From the human T2T-CHM13v2.0 reference genome, Homo sapiens, in assembly GCF_009914755.1 (NCBI RefSeq), contig NC_060936.1: a stretch of DNA of 64,000 nt. One strand, 5' to 3'. Below are positions 1-14,385 of the stretch, in pieces. Positions within the stretch are counted from its first letter, which is position 1; every line of letters starts with the position of its first letter. Below the pieces are notes generated by a model. It had not been told where the DNA came from. It saw nothing but the letters and a program-made list of their open reading frames with translations, and searched no databases. Both the position numbers and the translations under genes were made by a program.

Positions 1-1317
1 AAGTTTGACACTTAAAGTGATAGTAGCAAGTTTTTCTCTAACTGCAAGAGTGTGAAGTTCTGTTTCCACCTAATTGCAGTTTGCATCCTGCAAGTGTATT
101 GATTTAGACATTAAAACAACTTAAATGTTTAGCAGTAAAAAGTTGTTTAATCATTAAACCACTACCATTTTCTTTCGCCCTTTAAACCTGCTTTCAATCA
201 GCAAATGCTGATTTGGATGCTGGTTTACAGTCTCATTAACCATGAAGATCACAAAGGAAAGGTTGTGGCAGCAGTGGGAAGCTCTGAAGCACCCTCATTG
301 TCACAGGAAACATTCAGTGAGACATTCAGCTGTCTCACAACACACACAGCTCTGAGAGAGGTTTGGGTGACAGAAATGCAGCCTCCAGTTCCAGAAGCAG
401 CACGCTGTTCATTCCAGGAAAGGAAAAAAAAAGTGCTTTTCTGCGTGACCATGTTGATCACTGTTACCATGCAGTAATCAGGGGTCTTTTTGCCACTTAA
501 GTGTAATGGGAGGAGGGTATATCATTGGAGACTCCTAGGTGAATGGCGTGGATGTTACTCTTTTGCAAAGCAAGGAGGAGTTGCAGTGTTTCATGGCCTT
601 CTTTCAACACACGGGAATTTTATCACTCATTTTAGACACACAACTTAACACCATTTTCAAACTGAGTTCCAGCCCTGGATTGTTTTTTTACAAAATGGCC
701 CCTTTCCCCTCATAGTGGGATGGCCATGGGTGCCCATTAATTGCTACACTTATAGGAACTGAATTTATTCCCTTCATGGTAGAAAAACCAAGCCTATTTT
801 CTGAAACTTAATCCTGTGAGCTACCATCCACGGCCATACCAGGCTCCAGGAAGGGATCACAACTTTCTGAAGAGATGAATTGCTGCTTTAACAAAGGCTA
901 CGTGTGCCTTTTGATTCCATATTCTGCCTCCACTAGATGTTTGGTTTTGCTGCCAAATATAAAAACCACACTGGAAAAGACAGTTCTTCACTTTTAAGTG
1001 GCTGTGTGATAGAAAATTGGTAATTAGTTCAGTTTTGAGGAAGACAGGGACAAACTCTTCTTTACGTTTTATAAAATCACAAATTATGACAGTGATCTCC
1101 ATTTGAGATGGAGAAATGGAAACCTAGCAAGTTCCAGAGACTTGCCCAAGATCTTGTAGCTAATTATTAGAAGCAGGAAATGGGTTAGAAACCAGAACCC
1201 TGATTTACAGCTAATTGTATTTTCGGCTATCCAAACATCTTTACTGGATTAATACAAACTTCTCTTGTCCTCAGGTAATACAAATACCTGTCCTCATAGA
1301 AAATAAAGGCTTATTGG

Positions 1318-1353
1318 TCTGTCTCTTTCTCTCTGTCTCTCTCTCTCTTTGTA

Positions 1354-1390
<37 letters not shown>

Positions 1391-1540
1391 TTTTTATATA
1401 TGTATGTATATATAAAATATATATGTATATATGTATGTATATACATACATATTTCTGTCACCCAAAATATGTATGTGAGTATATATATATGTATGTATGT
1501 ATATATGTGTATATATTATATATTTTATAAAGATATATAT
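1318..1540. repeat. (TC)n-(TG)n-(TA/TATG)n compound microsatellite
   Basis: Seen directly in the sequence. Confidence 0.95.
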
Positions 1541-1541
1541 T

Positions 1542-2389
1542 CAATCATACATTGCTTAACAATAGGGGTACATTCTGAGAAATGCATCTTTAGGCAATTT
1601 CATTGTTGTGTTAGCATCAAAGAGTGTATTTACACAAACCTAGATAGTACAGCCTACTGCACATCTAGGCTAAATGGTGCATCCCATTGCTCCTAAGCTA
1701 CAAACCTGTACAGCATGTTACTGTACTGAAACTGTAGGCAATTGTAACACAATAGTAAGTATTTGTGTATCAAAACATATCTAAACATAGAAAAGGTACA
1801 GTAAAAATACAGCATAAAAGATTTTAAAATGGTACACCTGTATAGGGCACTTACCATGGATGGAAATTGCCAGACTGGAAGTTGTGGTTGCTCTGGGTGA
1901 GTCAGTGAGTGAGTGGTGAGTGAATGTGACAGCCTAGAACATTACTGTACACTATGCAGACTTTGTAAACACAGTACACTTGGGCTACACTAAATTTATA
2001 AAAAATATTTTTCTTTCTTCAATAATAAATTAACCTTAGCTTACTGTAACTTTTTTACTTTATAAACTTTAAATTTTTTTAACTTTTTTACTCTTTGTAA
2101 TAAAACTTCACTTAAAACACAAACACATTATGTAGCTGTACAGAAATATTTTTCTTTATATCTTTATAAGCTTTTCTCTATTTTGAAAATTTTAATTTTT
2201 TTTAATTTTCAAACTTTTTGGCTAACAACTAAGACATAGCACACACATTTGCCTAGGCACACATAGGGTGTGGATGATCAAAATGTCAGTAGGCAATAGG
2301 AATTTTTCAACTCCATTATAATCTTCTGGGACCACCACCATATATGCAGTTCATTGTTGAGTGAAACGTCATTATGTGGTGCATGGCTG
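1542..2389 (-). mobile_element. Tigger3-family (TcMar) non-autonomous DNA transposon
   Basis: Degenerate TIRs caatcatacattgcttaac / gtcattatgtggtgcatggctg|TA; Tigger3 subterminal ccattataatctt..gggaccacc. Confidence 0.85.
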
Positions 2390-5071
2390 TATTTATATCC
2401 GTATAAAGATTACACATATATAAAGGATGCAAAGACAAAGAGTACATATATATTTATATATGTAGTGTACTGTATATATGCATGTATGTATGTATGTATG
2501 TATGTATCTTACTTTGGGATTTCCTTTTTTCTAACCTTCTTACCATTTTAAGAATTGGTCTATGCACAGCAAACTTTTAGAATCACAATTAAAATATTCA
2601 GAGAAGTGGCCAAGTTTTTGTATAGGTGTTTGGATACTGTGCAGACAAGTTCTACATTTCTCTGTTCTCAAAACTCCTTCCTACATAAATACTGAGGACT
2701 GTTCTCTGGCCAAAGTTTGTCAAACCATTTCTCTGAGTAACAAGACTTCCTCATGTTTTCCATACTCTATAGTTCAGTGTTGCAGCCTTCCCATACTTGA
2801 TTTTTAAAGCGGAGTTTTGTTTTGTTTGTTCTTAGTGCATTATGACTATAAAATGTAAAAACCTTTCCTCTTTGAAGATAAAAGGAAGTAATCCTAATTT
2901 TAAACACTTACTTGTTTTAAAAAATTGAAAAAAAAGTATCGACTTGATATGTCTAAAGAGACCTATGTATATATGTATTAGATATTTATATACATACATA
3001 TGTATGTATATATGTAATATATATCATATATATATTTTAGAAATCTGCAAATTTAAAAAGGGAGTGTTTAGATTGCAGAAGACCTATCCCTAAACCCCGA
3101 ATCCCAGAATTCTTAAGCTAGAAGGGCACTTGAGAGGTGATCTCATCTATAAAGAGATGTATATTTAAGGAGCTAATTTACACAGGTAGATGACAAAACC
3201 TTACACCAACTCTTCAAGCACAGGAAGCACCTTACACGAAACACTTTGGTGAATGCTCATTTCTACTCAATTTTAAACTAAATTCAACTGAAAATACCTC
3301 ATTTTAAAGAGGATATTCAGTTGACTCACTGGGGAAAAACAATTGGATAAACTGGTTGTTTGCCCTTACCGAGATAAAATCACTGATAAGTTGAATGCAT
3401 TTTTGTAATGTGTCAAGACAGATGGCTTTAATAGTCACACATATTAAGTATGGGATATGTGGCGAGGAATAGAGGTTTTTATATACAGAAGTAAGAACTG
3501 TAGAGGGGGGAAACCATGAAAGATAGAAAAAGATGAGAAGAAAGAGGACAGAGATGATACACTCAAGAAAAGCTGCCTATTTCAGAGTAGAATATATTGT
3601 AAGCCCCAGTATAGTTGAATGCTTACAAGAGGAGAAGCTTTTAGCAACTCCTTTGTTTCTTAATGTATATATTATATCTGAACAGAATGCTTCTTTCCTG
3701 TGAGCTAGACAGTAGGAAGTAATCTATCTTCAACCTTGTTTGGTGTGTAAATAAAACTTTAGAAAGGGTCTATTGAACTTTGGACAGGCAAGCTCCATGA
3801 GCTCTCCCTCACTCTTTGAGGCAGGTTAAAGGGTACGGCCATGACCACCACCTTAATCCTTCAGGGACTATTTACAAAAGATTGAAAAATGTGCCCAGGG
3901 CCCGTACCTGCCCCTCTGTGGAACTAGCCCAACTCAAGTGGGCTGGCAGGCAAGCCTGGCTTTCATGGGGACAGAAGAGAGAGTTTGCGGGGAGCTTGGC
4001 ATTTTTCAACACATGCTTTTTGGCTTCTCCTACTGAATTTGTAATTTCCATGATATTTGGTGGGAAAATGGACACCGGCCTCTTTTGCTTTTTGTCTGCT
4101 GCTTTGCAGCTATTGGGATTCTGCGCCTTGGGATAATGAAGCAGGCTGTCATTTCCTCCCCCTAAATAATGCATTACAAAGTGGAAATGCAAATTTCCTG
4201 TGCAAGCTCTAAGTAGCAGGTGGTATTTCCTTAATATATTGTTTTTGACCTTTGGGGAAATTGGTATTACGAGCTGACTTTGGAAAATTAAAATAGCATC
4301 AAGGTCCTACATTTTAAATAAAACAATCGATATCTTAATTTTTAAAATCAGACTAGATTACGATACCAGGAAAAGACATACATATTTTGCTTTTATGTGT
4401 TAAAGTTTTGTAATTCAGGGAGGACAAGAAAAGGGATATGGTGCAGCTGAACTTTCTAATTCACTAAGACAGGAAAAAAGGAAGGAAAAAATGTATATTT
4501 TTAAGTTTCAATTTAAACCTTTGCTGTTAACTAAATGCTTTGATATGATCAGTCATACAAAGAGTTAAATTAAGCATGGAGCTGTTCAGATGGCAAATCT
4601 GCGTTGAGCTGAAGGTAAAAGACATCTGTATTTTTCATTCATTTGCTCAGCAGCACTAAATTTCAAGCTTGTTTTTTGTTCAGCATCAAAGAAAAGGTTG
4701 TTTTATGGTTATTGGATTTTTTTTAACCCACATATTTCATGAAAGGGACTCAAGTCACTGGGTCTTTATATTCTTTTAAGTTATTTTTCTGCCCACAGCC
4801 ATTCTGCAAGCCATCTTGTTGAAGAGGGAAAACATAATTTCATTCTTTTTCTCTTCCTTTGAAGAAAAAAATTTAAGAGATTTAAATACCATTCACATTT
4901 TGGAACTTCCTTCTTTACCCCCTCCCGAAACCATCATCTCACAACTATGTAAAGCAATCAAATGTTGAAAGACTTAAGAGATTTTCACACACATAAATAT
5001 CCTTTATATACTTATAACTGCTCTACTTATCAAGGGCAACAAGAATGGAACCCAGGAGCTAAGTTTATAGA

Positions 5072-5075
<4 letters not shown>

Positions 5076-5121
<46 letters not shown>

Positions 5122-5126
5122 TGTGC
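5076..5126. repeat. (TG)n microsatellite
   Basis: About 21 uninterrupted TG units. Confidence 0.97.
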
Positions 5127-5332
5127 GTATCAATATATCCAGATGTGTCCAAATGTACACGGTATTTTTAGCATACAAATTGCTGATTAGGCATCTATGT
5201 CCCTTTCTCCTCTAAAACCTCTAAGTGCATGGATCTATTAGTGGATGGGCGCCAGAACGACACAGTCAATGCAGGACTGAAATATTTACCAAACCCAAGA
5301 AATGAAGGTTTGTTTGAATAGTTTAAACTTGA

Positions 5333-5460
5333 CAGGAGGCTGAGACAAGAGGATCACTTAAGCCTAGGAGTTCGAGGCTACAGGCAGCTCTATGATCATG
5401 CCCCTGCACTCCAGCCTGGGCGATAGAGCAAGACCCTGTCTCTCAAAAAAATAAAATAAA
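5333..5460 (+). mobile_element. Truncated old Alu monomer (FRAM/AluJ right arm)
   Basis: ggaggctgag...gcactccagcctgggcgatagagcaagaccctgtctc followed by an A tail. Confidence 0.85.
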
Positions 5461-5939
5461 TTTGAGTAGTGTAAGCTATGTAAACTTGGATAATCCGGTT
5501 ACCTTCATTCTTTAATTTTTCCATAGCATATATTTGGCTTCAATGTCCAGGTTTTCGAGCACGAGAAATCTGCATTTTCATTCTAAGAAGTATAAAACAA
5601 GATAGTTATACTTCATGTAAGGTTCACATTAATTGTCATTGCACCTCTTCTTCCCAGAAGGAAGAGGGAAGTGAGAGCTGGAGTCAAAACTGGGTACTGT
5701 AAATGCTCATCTAATCTTGGAATCTCAGGGGATATTAATTTTCCAGATAGTTGAGTTATTGCCTTCAAATTTTAACTTCAAATTTTGTTAATGTGGTTGT
5801 ATATGCAAATTCAGCCAATGTGCATGATATGTGTGTCTCAAACTACATTTATGAATTCACTGTAATTTTATGTTTCTCTTGATAATGTTTGATTGTTAAC
5901 ATAAGCATCACTAGACTTGTCAAGTGGCAAAGATCATAT

Positions 5940-6075
5940 TCTTTCATTCTTTCTTCCTTTCTCATTTCTTGAATGCTGGCTATATGCCAGGAACTATGTA
6001 CCCACCCTGGTGCTTGGTGTATAGAAGGCACTCAATGAATGTATGTTGAATAAATGAAAAAAATAAATGAATAAA
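5940..6075 (+). mobile_element. L2 3'-end fragment
   Basis: cttggtgtatagaaggcactcaatgaatgtatgttgaataaatga. Confidence 0.6.
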
Positions 6076-9000
6076 CAAGTTCAATGGATAGTTAAAAGGA
6101 TAGTTTCAATTCTATAAACCTTAATTTGGGTGTAGGACCAGTCACAGTACCATGACAGATAGAGCTATTTGGTGATAAATAGTGTGGAATGTATTTACCA
6201 CCAGGCAGTAATGCCCTGTCCCTCCTTGAATAGTACTACAGATATGAGAGTGCTTTTTTAAATTTTTAATCATTGGCCACTTTCTCTAGAAATTGGAGGG
6301 AAACTGTGCAGCAACAGGACTCTCTGGGCATTGTGACAGGTCTACTGTCTACAAAATTTGTGTTCAAGGCAAAATCTAAAGCAGCCATCTTTCAAAAGGA
6401 TGTCCTCACTTTATAAAAAACAATTATTGCAATGACTATAGCCAATGAGGTTGTTCTTGCCACTGCCATTCAAAACATCAGTGATTTTGGCATCTTGGGC
6501 ACATACCACAGACACCAACTTGTTTTTTCTTTCCCACACCTCTGTCCTATATATGCTAAGTTTATTCTTGGGCTGTGACAGAGGAGCATTCCTTATCACT
6601 TTGAGAAGTTCAGCTAGGATATTTAGGGGATGAACTGCATTCTTACGAATTCTTTATCATGATTACACTCCTATCTAGTATAATTTGAAGGTAAAGTAGG
6701 GCCTTTGGAGGTAGACTAGCATAGGTTTGAAATGTTTCCTTCATTCATTATCAGCTGCCAAGAGTAACCTGGGGACGATTCCGTGCTTCGTAAACATGGT
6801 CTCTTCATATACATGCTGATATACAGGAAAGACCTTTGCAGAACTCCATGAAAGTTTGTTTTTTATTATTGTACTAAAAATTACATATACCTGACCAGAC
6901 ACAAAACTAAGCTGTAAGTTTTCTTTAAACCTCCTTAATATTTTGTCCTTTAAGCATAAGCGATGTTGCAAAGCACCCCTTTAATTTATCCTGTGTAAAC
7001 AATCACTATAGTCTGCAAAATAGATTGCATTTCTTATGAAATCCACTTTGTAATAACATTTTGTATACAGAATGATGCATTCAGTGAATGAGGTAATTAA
7101 TGCTAAAGGATAAAAAGATTATTTAAAAAATTTACCAAACTATACCTTGCTTCCTCAGTAGCTATGCATAGGTAAGTCTGTTATTCTGAAATTATGGTTG
7201 ACTGAAAGAATAAATATAAAAGATAGTGGGAGGTATCCATCAAAAATGTCTTTATCTTTTTAAACACTGGTATGCACTCTATAAGGAGTAAGCAACAGTG
7301 ACAATTTTTCCCTAATCACTAAATGATTATTAACCATTTGTAAGAAGAGTTAACCTGTCCTTAATTTGTTTGAACCCATGGGGCCATGAACAAACACCAT
7401 AATAGAGTGAAGAAAGCAATGCCAACGTAGACCAATTTTATCACTAATATAGAACTGCCCTGGGACAGAGTATGCCCAGATATGAGTTCTCAGAAAAAGC
7501 CACAGAACTCTTCTGTAAACTCCTATATCAACTATATCCTACCTTCTCTTCTGCCTCAGCTTGCAGTAGCAGAAAAAGTTTACATGTGTTTGTATATTCA
7601 CTGAACAGTAGCCCTCAAAGAATAGGGAATTCTCACATCTTTTCAAAAAGAGCCACTTAAAGAAAATACATTCTAAGTGCTTTAATTCAGATTTAAATGG
7701 CTACATTGCGAGATATTATTCCATACAATTGGAGTAATTGTGAATTTATACAGATTTTCAACAGTGGCACTGTGTAACCATTGATAAAATACAGGGGCTG
7801 GGGGGATAAAACCAGTATTGCCTGGATCCAGTGACATTTTCCCATGCTCACTTTTTCCAGTTGTGTAGCAATGACCATATTCTCTAATAACATCAGCATA
7901 CTTTTATGCTTTGGTCTTTTTCCTTTTCATTAGGAGAATACTGGAATTCATGCTGTAGAATGGTTCCTTTTATACCCCAGCCCACTTGTTCAACGACATT
8001 CCTGTGATTTTACTATCTAATATGTTGTGGCTATAACCAGAGAATGCAAAATCTGTCTTCCTGAGAGCCTTGGCCTCTATGTTTTCTACCAAATCATACC
8101 TCCATTTTCTCTATAAAGGCTGTTGGTACACCCACAAATGTCATCTGTTTGTGATGAGCAGAACTGAGGCACTTTTGTTCTGATGCTTACATTTGTTCAC
8201 ATGAATAGAAGTTCCTCACTTGAAAGTGATTTGCACATAGGTTGAGGAACTGTGAATGAAATCACTCAACCTAGAGGCTGGCATTCTTCATGCTGCTGGC
8301 TGTTGATTTCTTCATCTTCTCCCTGAAGACCCTGCATGAGTGGTGGGTATCCATAAAGGCACCAGGAGACCCAGACACCTCTGTGGCAGCCAAGCAGGTG
8401 TTACCCTGCAGGACTTAAGAGGGATCTTAAGAGCAAGAGAAGGAAGGAGTGACTTCTCTCACCAGTGGTCAGAGCAGAAGGTGCAGAGCAGCAAGTTGCA
8501 GGTGCTGGCAGTGATGGCTTCTGAACTGAAGAGCAACCAAACCCTCCCATGTAACCCTGTCACCACAGCTCAAAGGGAGGTTTTCTTGCCCCCCAGTAGA
8601 AGGGAACTGACAGCGCCTGTATGGCTTTGCATCCTGAAGATACTGTAGTTGTTGCGTCTGTTGGGGAAGCATCAAGAAAATTAGATTGTTCCAACATTCA
8701 AGCTCTTCCATATTAGCTTTGTGTTCCATTTGATGTCAAACAATAGGTTGAAAAATTAGCTTAATTCTAAGCTTATATGTATATAGGGAATTTTATCAAT
8801 TATTAGCACCATTATAACTTGTTAAACAGTGAACTTATAGTTGAATGTGATCTATTAGATGGCTGCTTAACATTTGCTCGAGAATAATCTATTAGTCATC
8901 TAAGCACAAAGCAGCTATTTGAAAATTTGTTGAGTAAATGACATCTCTTTGACAGAAATATCTGCATAATTGCAGTGTGTTATACATGCTCGTTATAGCC

Positions 9001-10209
9001 TAACTACACGTCTGTTTGAATTTGGGTTTTTCTTTTTTTTTTTCTGTCTGCATAACACACATGCAGACATCATAGTGTGAATACTTACTGTTATGATCTT
9101 GGAGAAAAGTGTATCTGTCAACTCTTTAACAGCCTAAGCATACTAAAGGTAGTTTGTAAGCAACACATAACTTTGAACATGGAAAAATTAAGTTTGCTTT
9201 TAATGAAATTCTAATTTTGTAACTTGCTGAGAGTTATTTTTAGAGAGTGGTAACTGTTGAAGAAAAAGAAGCTTTTTTTTTCTTTCAAATCCTGAAATGT
9301 AATTGGTAGTCATTAATTAAATTTTATAAAATAGATGTTCCTTTCAAAAGCAATCTCAAACAATAGTACATTTTAAAGTCTGGATCTCTTTCCCAGCAGC
9401 CCAGGGTGTTTTGAAGATAGGAGAACAAGGGAAGTACTTTAAGCTGTAAAGTCTTGCAGGGTAGCAGTTAAGTGCTTAAGGCACTGCATTCTTGATGCAG
9501 CGTCCTGTTACAGTAATATTATGAAAAAAAGCTACAGGGAATTCTCATACATGTCTAATACATATAGCTTTAATGTTCACATGGCTGGACCCATTCACAA
9601 ATGGAATCTGTGGGTCAGATGTAGTTTGCAAGCCACTATTATTAAGCTGTTTTCCTTTTACTATTAAGTAATGTTGTTCCTTGTTAATATTATGAATGCG
9701 TGTGTTCTTTGCTCTCTCTGTAAATCTTTTGTTCCATTCATTTTTTTTTTTTTTGGCCTTACAAGAATGTGGGGGGAGGATATCCCTATCCACAAATCAA
9801 GTACTTTAAATAGCCAGGCTAGAGCTGAATGAAGGAAATCAGTCTAGATAACATCTTTGTGAAATGTATGCCTATGAACTCTGCGTCACACAATACAAAG
9901 GAAATTGCCATTGTCCTGCACAAGTTAGGTGAACAAAGCACATAAAAAATCCTGTTCTGGTTGCCATACATATTCCTGTGCAGCTGAAACTAGAATTCCA
10001 AACGCCACAGAAACGGCCAGGCTTAAGTGACTAACTTGCAAATCAGAGAGTGCAGGTTTTACATTGATAATACAGAGAGACCTGTAATCATTCATCACAG
10101 TGGTACTACATTTATTGATACTGAGCACTGCAAATCATAAACAATAAGGATTACATGACCACTGCTGCTACGGTGACTACTACTGCCATCACCGCCACCC
10201 TCCCTAGTG

Positions 10210-10440
10210 CTATTGAATAATGCTTATTAAGTTCTTTCAGCCAGCAACTGTGCTATGTACTTTAGTGTCATTCATCATATTTAATCACCCCAGCAACCCA
10301 ATGAGGAATCCACTTTATAGAATTAAGGAAATTGAAGTTTAAATTGCTACCAGGTCACACAGCTTACGCATACCTGGTCTCATACTTGATCTCAGAGGTC
10401 TTTCTGGCCCCAAAGCCCTGTTCTTCCCCCACTATCTTGA
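10210..10440 (-). mobile_element. MIR SINE
   Basis: Core motifs atttaatcaccccagcaacccaatgagg ... aaggaaattgaag ... aggtcacacagc. Confidence 0.65.
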
Positions 10441-11469
10441 ACTTCCTTTCCCTGTATGTGAAGGGAATGGAACTCACCAGGTACCAAGATGTCACCTCCT
10501 AACCCTTACAAAGCCCAGTGAGTTATTTGGAGGAGAATTTTTCCCAAGGCCAAAAAGCTGCCCGTGTAATACTCCAAAGTAACTTCCATATCCTGGAAAG
10601 AGCAACTACAATCAAAGATAGCACCTTACAAACATCCTTCTTTTATTTAAAAAAATTAATTTTTTTTTAAAAGCTACCACCACCAACAGTTCTTCCCAAG
10701 ATCAGAGATACCTGCACATCTGGCAATAAGCCCAGACATACCAAACTGTGTATTATCTAGAGCCAGGGACTTGAATACCACTGCATCTGCAGAGAGACAA
10801 GCATCTCATTTCAATAGACAACTTGTTCCTAGAGTGGGATACTCCCCTGCTGAACTGACAGGGAGCCGGAAGAGCGGCATTGAACAAAGAGAATAGTTAT
10901 GACTGGGCAGCAGACGGCCCCAAGCACAACCCCAGGTTCTGCTCTTCTTCAACTTAACCAAGCAGAACTGCAGTTGACTCCCATTAAAAGTCAGTAGACA
11001 TTTAGTCGGCTTCCAGAATGTGGGCAGAAGCTCATGTTAGTTATTTACTACCCATCTCTGGAATTCCTTTTGGACATGACCAATGAGTTACAGCTGGTCT
11101 TTAGGCAGTATGCCACACTCATTAACTAGCTGTCAGGAACAGCTACACCCTTTGGTCCACAAATCTGGATTTGCCAGAGGAAAATTCCAAACAGACCAGG
11201 AAAGCAAAAACCACTGACACCATCTCCATAATAACTGTAAAACTGAAACATACACGTTCTACAAAGAGGGCTGTTCTTCTACCTCCTCAGGAACAATTTG
11301 ACAAAGGCAAACACTTTATGCACTAGCCCTGGACAAACAATGCAAAGAAAAATCTTGTGCAGCTGATTTCAGGGTCAAGAGGGCGCTTCTTACCAACCCT
11401 CAAAGACAAACCAGCACAGAGAATAGTAAAATGTGCAAAGCCAAACCAGTTGCTACTCTCTATCCATTC

Positions 11470-11897
11470 CCCAATTTCCTTTGTTCACAGAAAGTGACCC
11501 TCTCCATGGCCCTGGGGTAAATCTGATTTGTTCATGGTGGTGATGCTGGTCCCATTCCCCTTGCAAAGCAGGTCTGGCCTGTTAAAAAGGGCCATGAAAT
11601 CTGCAGGGACTGTCGGAAGAGACTCTCCTGCTGGACCTTGACATTTCTGGAAGTGCCACTATGAATGGACACTGCAAATGGCTGTACCCATTTTTTGACT
11701 CTGAAGGAAATAGACTGAGAATAAATGTCAACTGGAAGAGCAGAAAGAAAGAATCTGAAGCTCCGACATTTCTTGACCTACTGAATTTACCAACTTTAAA
11801 TGTGCATCATCTCCAGGCTTTTTGTTATGTTAAGTAAATAATATCCTTATTATTAAATCAGTTTGAGTTGGGGTTCACTGTTATACCCAAAAGCATA
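11470..11897 (+). mobile_element. Old MaLR LTR (MLT1-type) fragment
   Basis: MLT1-like 3' end ttgttatgt..aataatatccttattattaaatcagtttgagttgggg..ctgttatacccaaaagcatac. Confidence 0.5.
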
Positions 11898-12168
11898 CAG
11901 TAGGAATTATCTTTGGTGGGCTATTTGAGACTCATCAGAATTCTTTATCTACAGTCTTACAAATTGGTTGGATTTCCATTACCTCCTTACATACACTGAT
12001 CAGCAGGAAATACAGGGAGATCAAATTATATTTAATATGTCTTTTAAAATACACTCATTTTCTTCTATCCACTTTTGGAACTCCAAAAAAGTAACTCTCT
12101 CATGCTAACAACTCCCTTATTAGAGAAAAGAATTGTAGGTGTGTAAGCATTGTTTTCCCATGACAACG

Positions 12169-12453
12169 TTTTTTTTTAATTATTTATTTATTTAGAGACA
12201 GGGTCTCACTTTGTCACCCAGGCTGGAGTGCAGTGGCACGATTACAGCTCATGGCAGCCTCGACCTCCCCAGGCTCAGGTGATCCTACTACCTCAGCCTC
12301 CTGAGTAGTTGAGACTACTACTATCAAATGGGTAGCATGTACCATCACACCCGGCTGATTTTTGTACTTTTTTTTAGAGATAGAGTTTGCCATGTTGCCC
12401 ATGCCGGCCTCGAACTCCTAGGTTCAAGCCATCCTCTCACCTCATCCTCCCAA
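12169..12453 (-). mobile_element. AluJ
   Basis: gagacagggtctcact...cctcgacctcccc aggctcagg (J-type). Confidence 0.9.
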
Positions 12454-12887
12454 GCAAGTCACTGGGCCCCCCAAATCTAAGAGTCATGTCCAGGAATCAG
12501 CATTTCTAACAAGCACTCTTTTATGAGATATATGGAAGGTATGACTCAGCGCTTGAGGAAGAAGAGCTACAAGAGGAAGAGGACTTCTTCCAGGCAATGA
12601 GAGGCTTAGAAATTAGTTGGAAACCTTTTTTGAATATTTACTTCTTCCAGAAGACTAGAAACATAGTAGGGACTGAGTGAGTCAGGTAGATGGCCAATTT
12701 CCCTGCTTTGGGAAGATTCTCCCTGAAATTTTCCATTGGTGTTATGCTCTGCTCAATGTTTGTAAACACAGCTTCTCTGATACTGGAGCATGAAGCAGTG
12801 TGTCGGTAGCTTTGACTAGTAATGTGTCTTAATGTAAATATGTATAAATATTATATGTACACACACACATGCACACATACAAGCTTT

Positions 12888-13199
<312 letters not shown>

Positions 13200-14199
13200 T
13201 GAAGTCTTTTAAATGACTTCCTCTGTATTTATGTATCATAAGTAAAAAATAATGTCATGGATGGTAACATTCTACAGAAATGAACACATGCACGGGAGCA
13301 CCAGCCAGGGAACACAGAGACCATACTGGACAAGGGATTAAAGGCAAGAGACGTGGAGATTTCTTCAGTAGAAAGCCATGTGGATGGGAAGGGGAGAGAT
13401 GTGATTATGTAGATGGGCCTACATCATTATGGGAAAGACTCGTATGGCATCTGTATGGGGAACAAGCATTTTTATTCTTCTCCATATTTTGGTCACAGAC
13501 AATAACACATAATACATGAGATTGTAAAGTCCAGAGGTACAGGAACTGTGCCTGTATATTTTCTATATCATAGATACCACAGAATTTATAGCTAACATTT
13601 GTAACATAATCAAATATTATAGCAGGTGATAAACAAGAGAGAAAAAAAAACAAAAATAAGTCATTAACATTTATCACGGATATTTTAGCCTTCATAGCCT
13701 TAACTGAATTTCTTTTCTATAGAGTTTTCAAGAGGAATAATAGAAATAAAAGATTAAAGAAAGTATAGATAGATAGATATAGCTATAAATAAGAATAGCA
13801 GGATAGGATTTCTACTTTTATAGAAATCTAGTGAGAAACAAGATGCTCTTTATATTTCTAAAACATCTTGAACTTTTTGATGAGAAAACTTTTTTCAGAG
13901 CAAAGCTGTTACTATAAAAATAGTATTCTAGTGCTGATTTGTCCTTTAAATATATTAGAAACATTCTTTTGAACTAAGATCTTTTAAATTGTTATATTAA
14001 AATGCAGTTTTTCTCCTTATTTGGTCATTTTTCTTCTTAGTGAAATCATAGTCCAAGGAAGCTAGATTTTTATTATGTTTTTAAAAACAGATGCTATTTT
14101 TATAGATAAAAGAGGATGGTTGCCTATAACACTGATTTTCTTCGTAAAAAAAATAAGAAGCACAGAATATGCTGAATAATTGCCCAAAATACTTTTCTG

Positions 14200-14385
14200 G
14201 GGCAGTGTAGAATAGTGAGAAGGGAAAAAGATGTGGAGCTATACAACCTGGGTGGGTGTTATAGTTTCATTATATGCTGGCCTTGCAATGTTTTGCAAGT
14301 CAATTACTGTCTTTTGGATTTAGCTTCTGCATGCATGAATCTGAATGGCTATACTTCTGTACATGGTTGTTGTAAGGGTTAAAAT
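14200..14385 (+). mobile_element. MIR fragment
   Basis: Degenerate MIR motifs (ggcagtgtagaatagtg ... ggttgttgtaagggttaaa). Confidence 0.45.
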
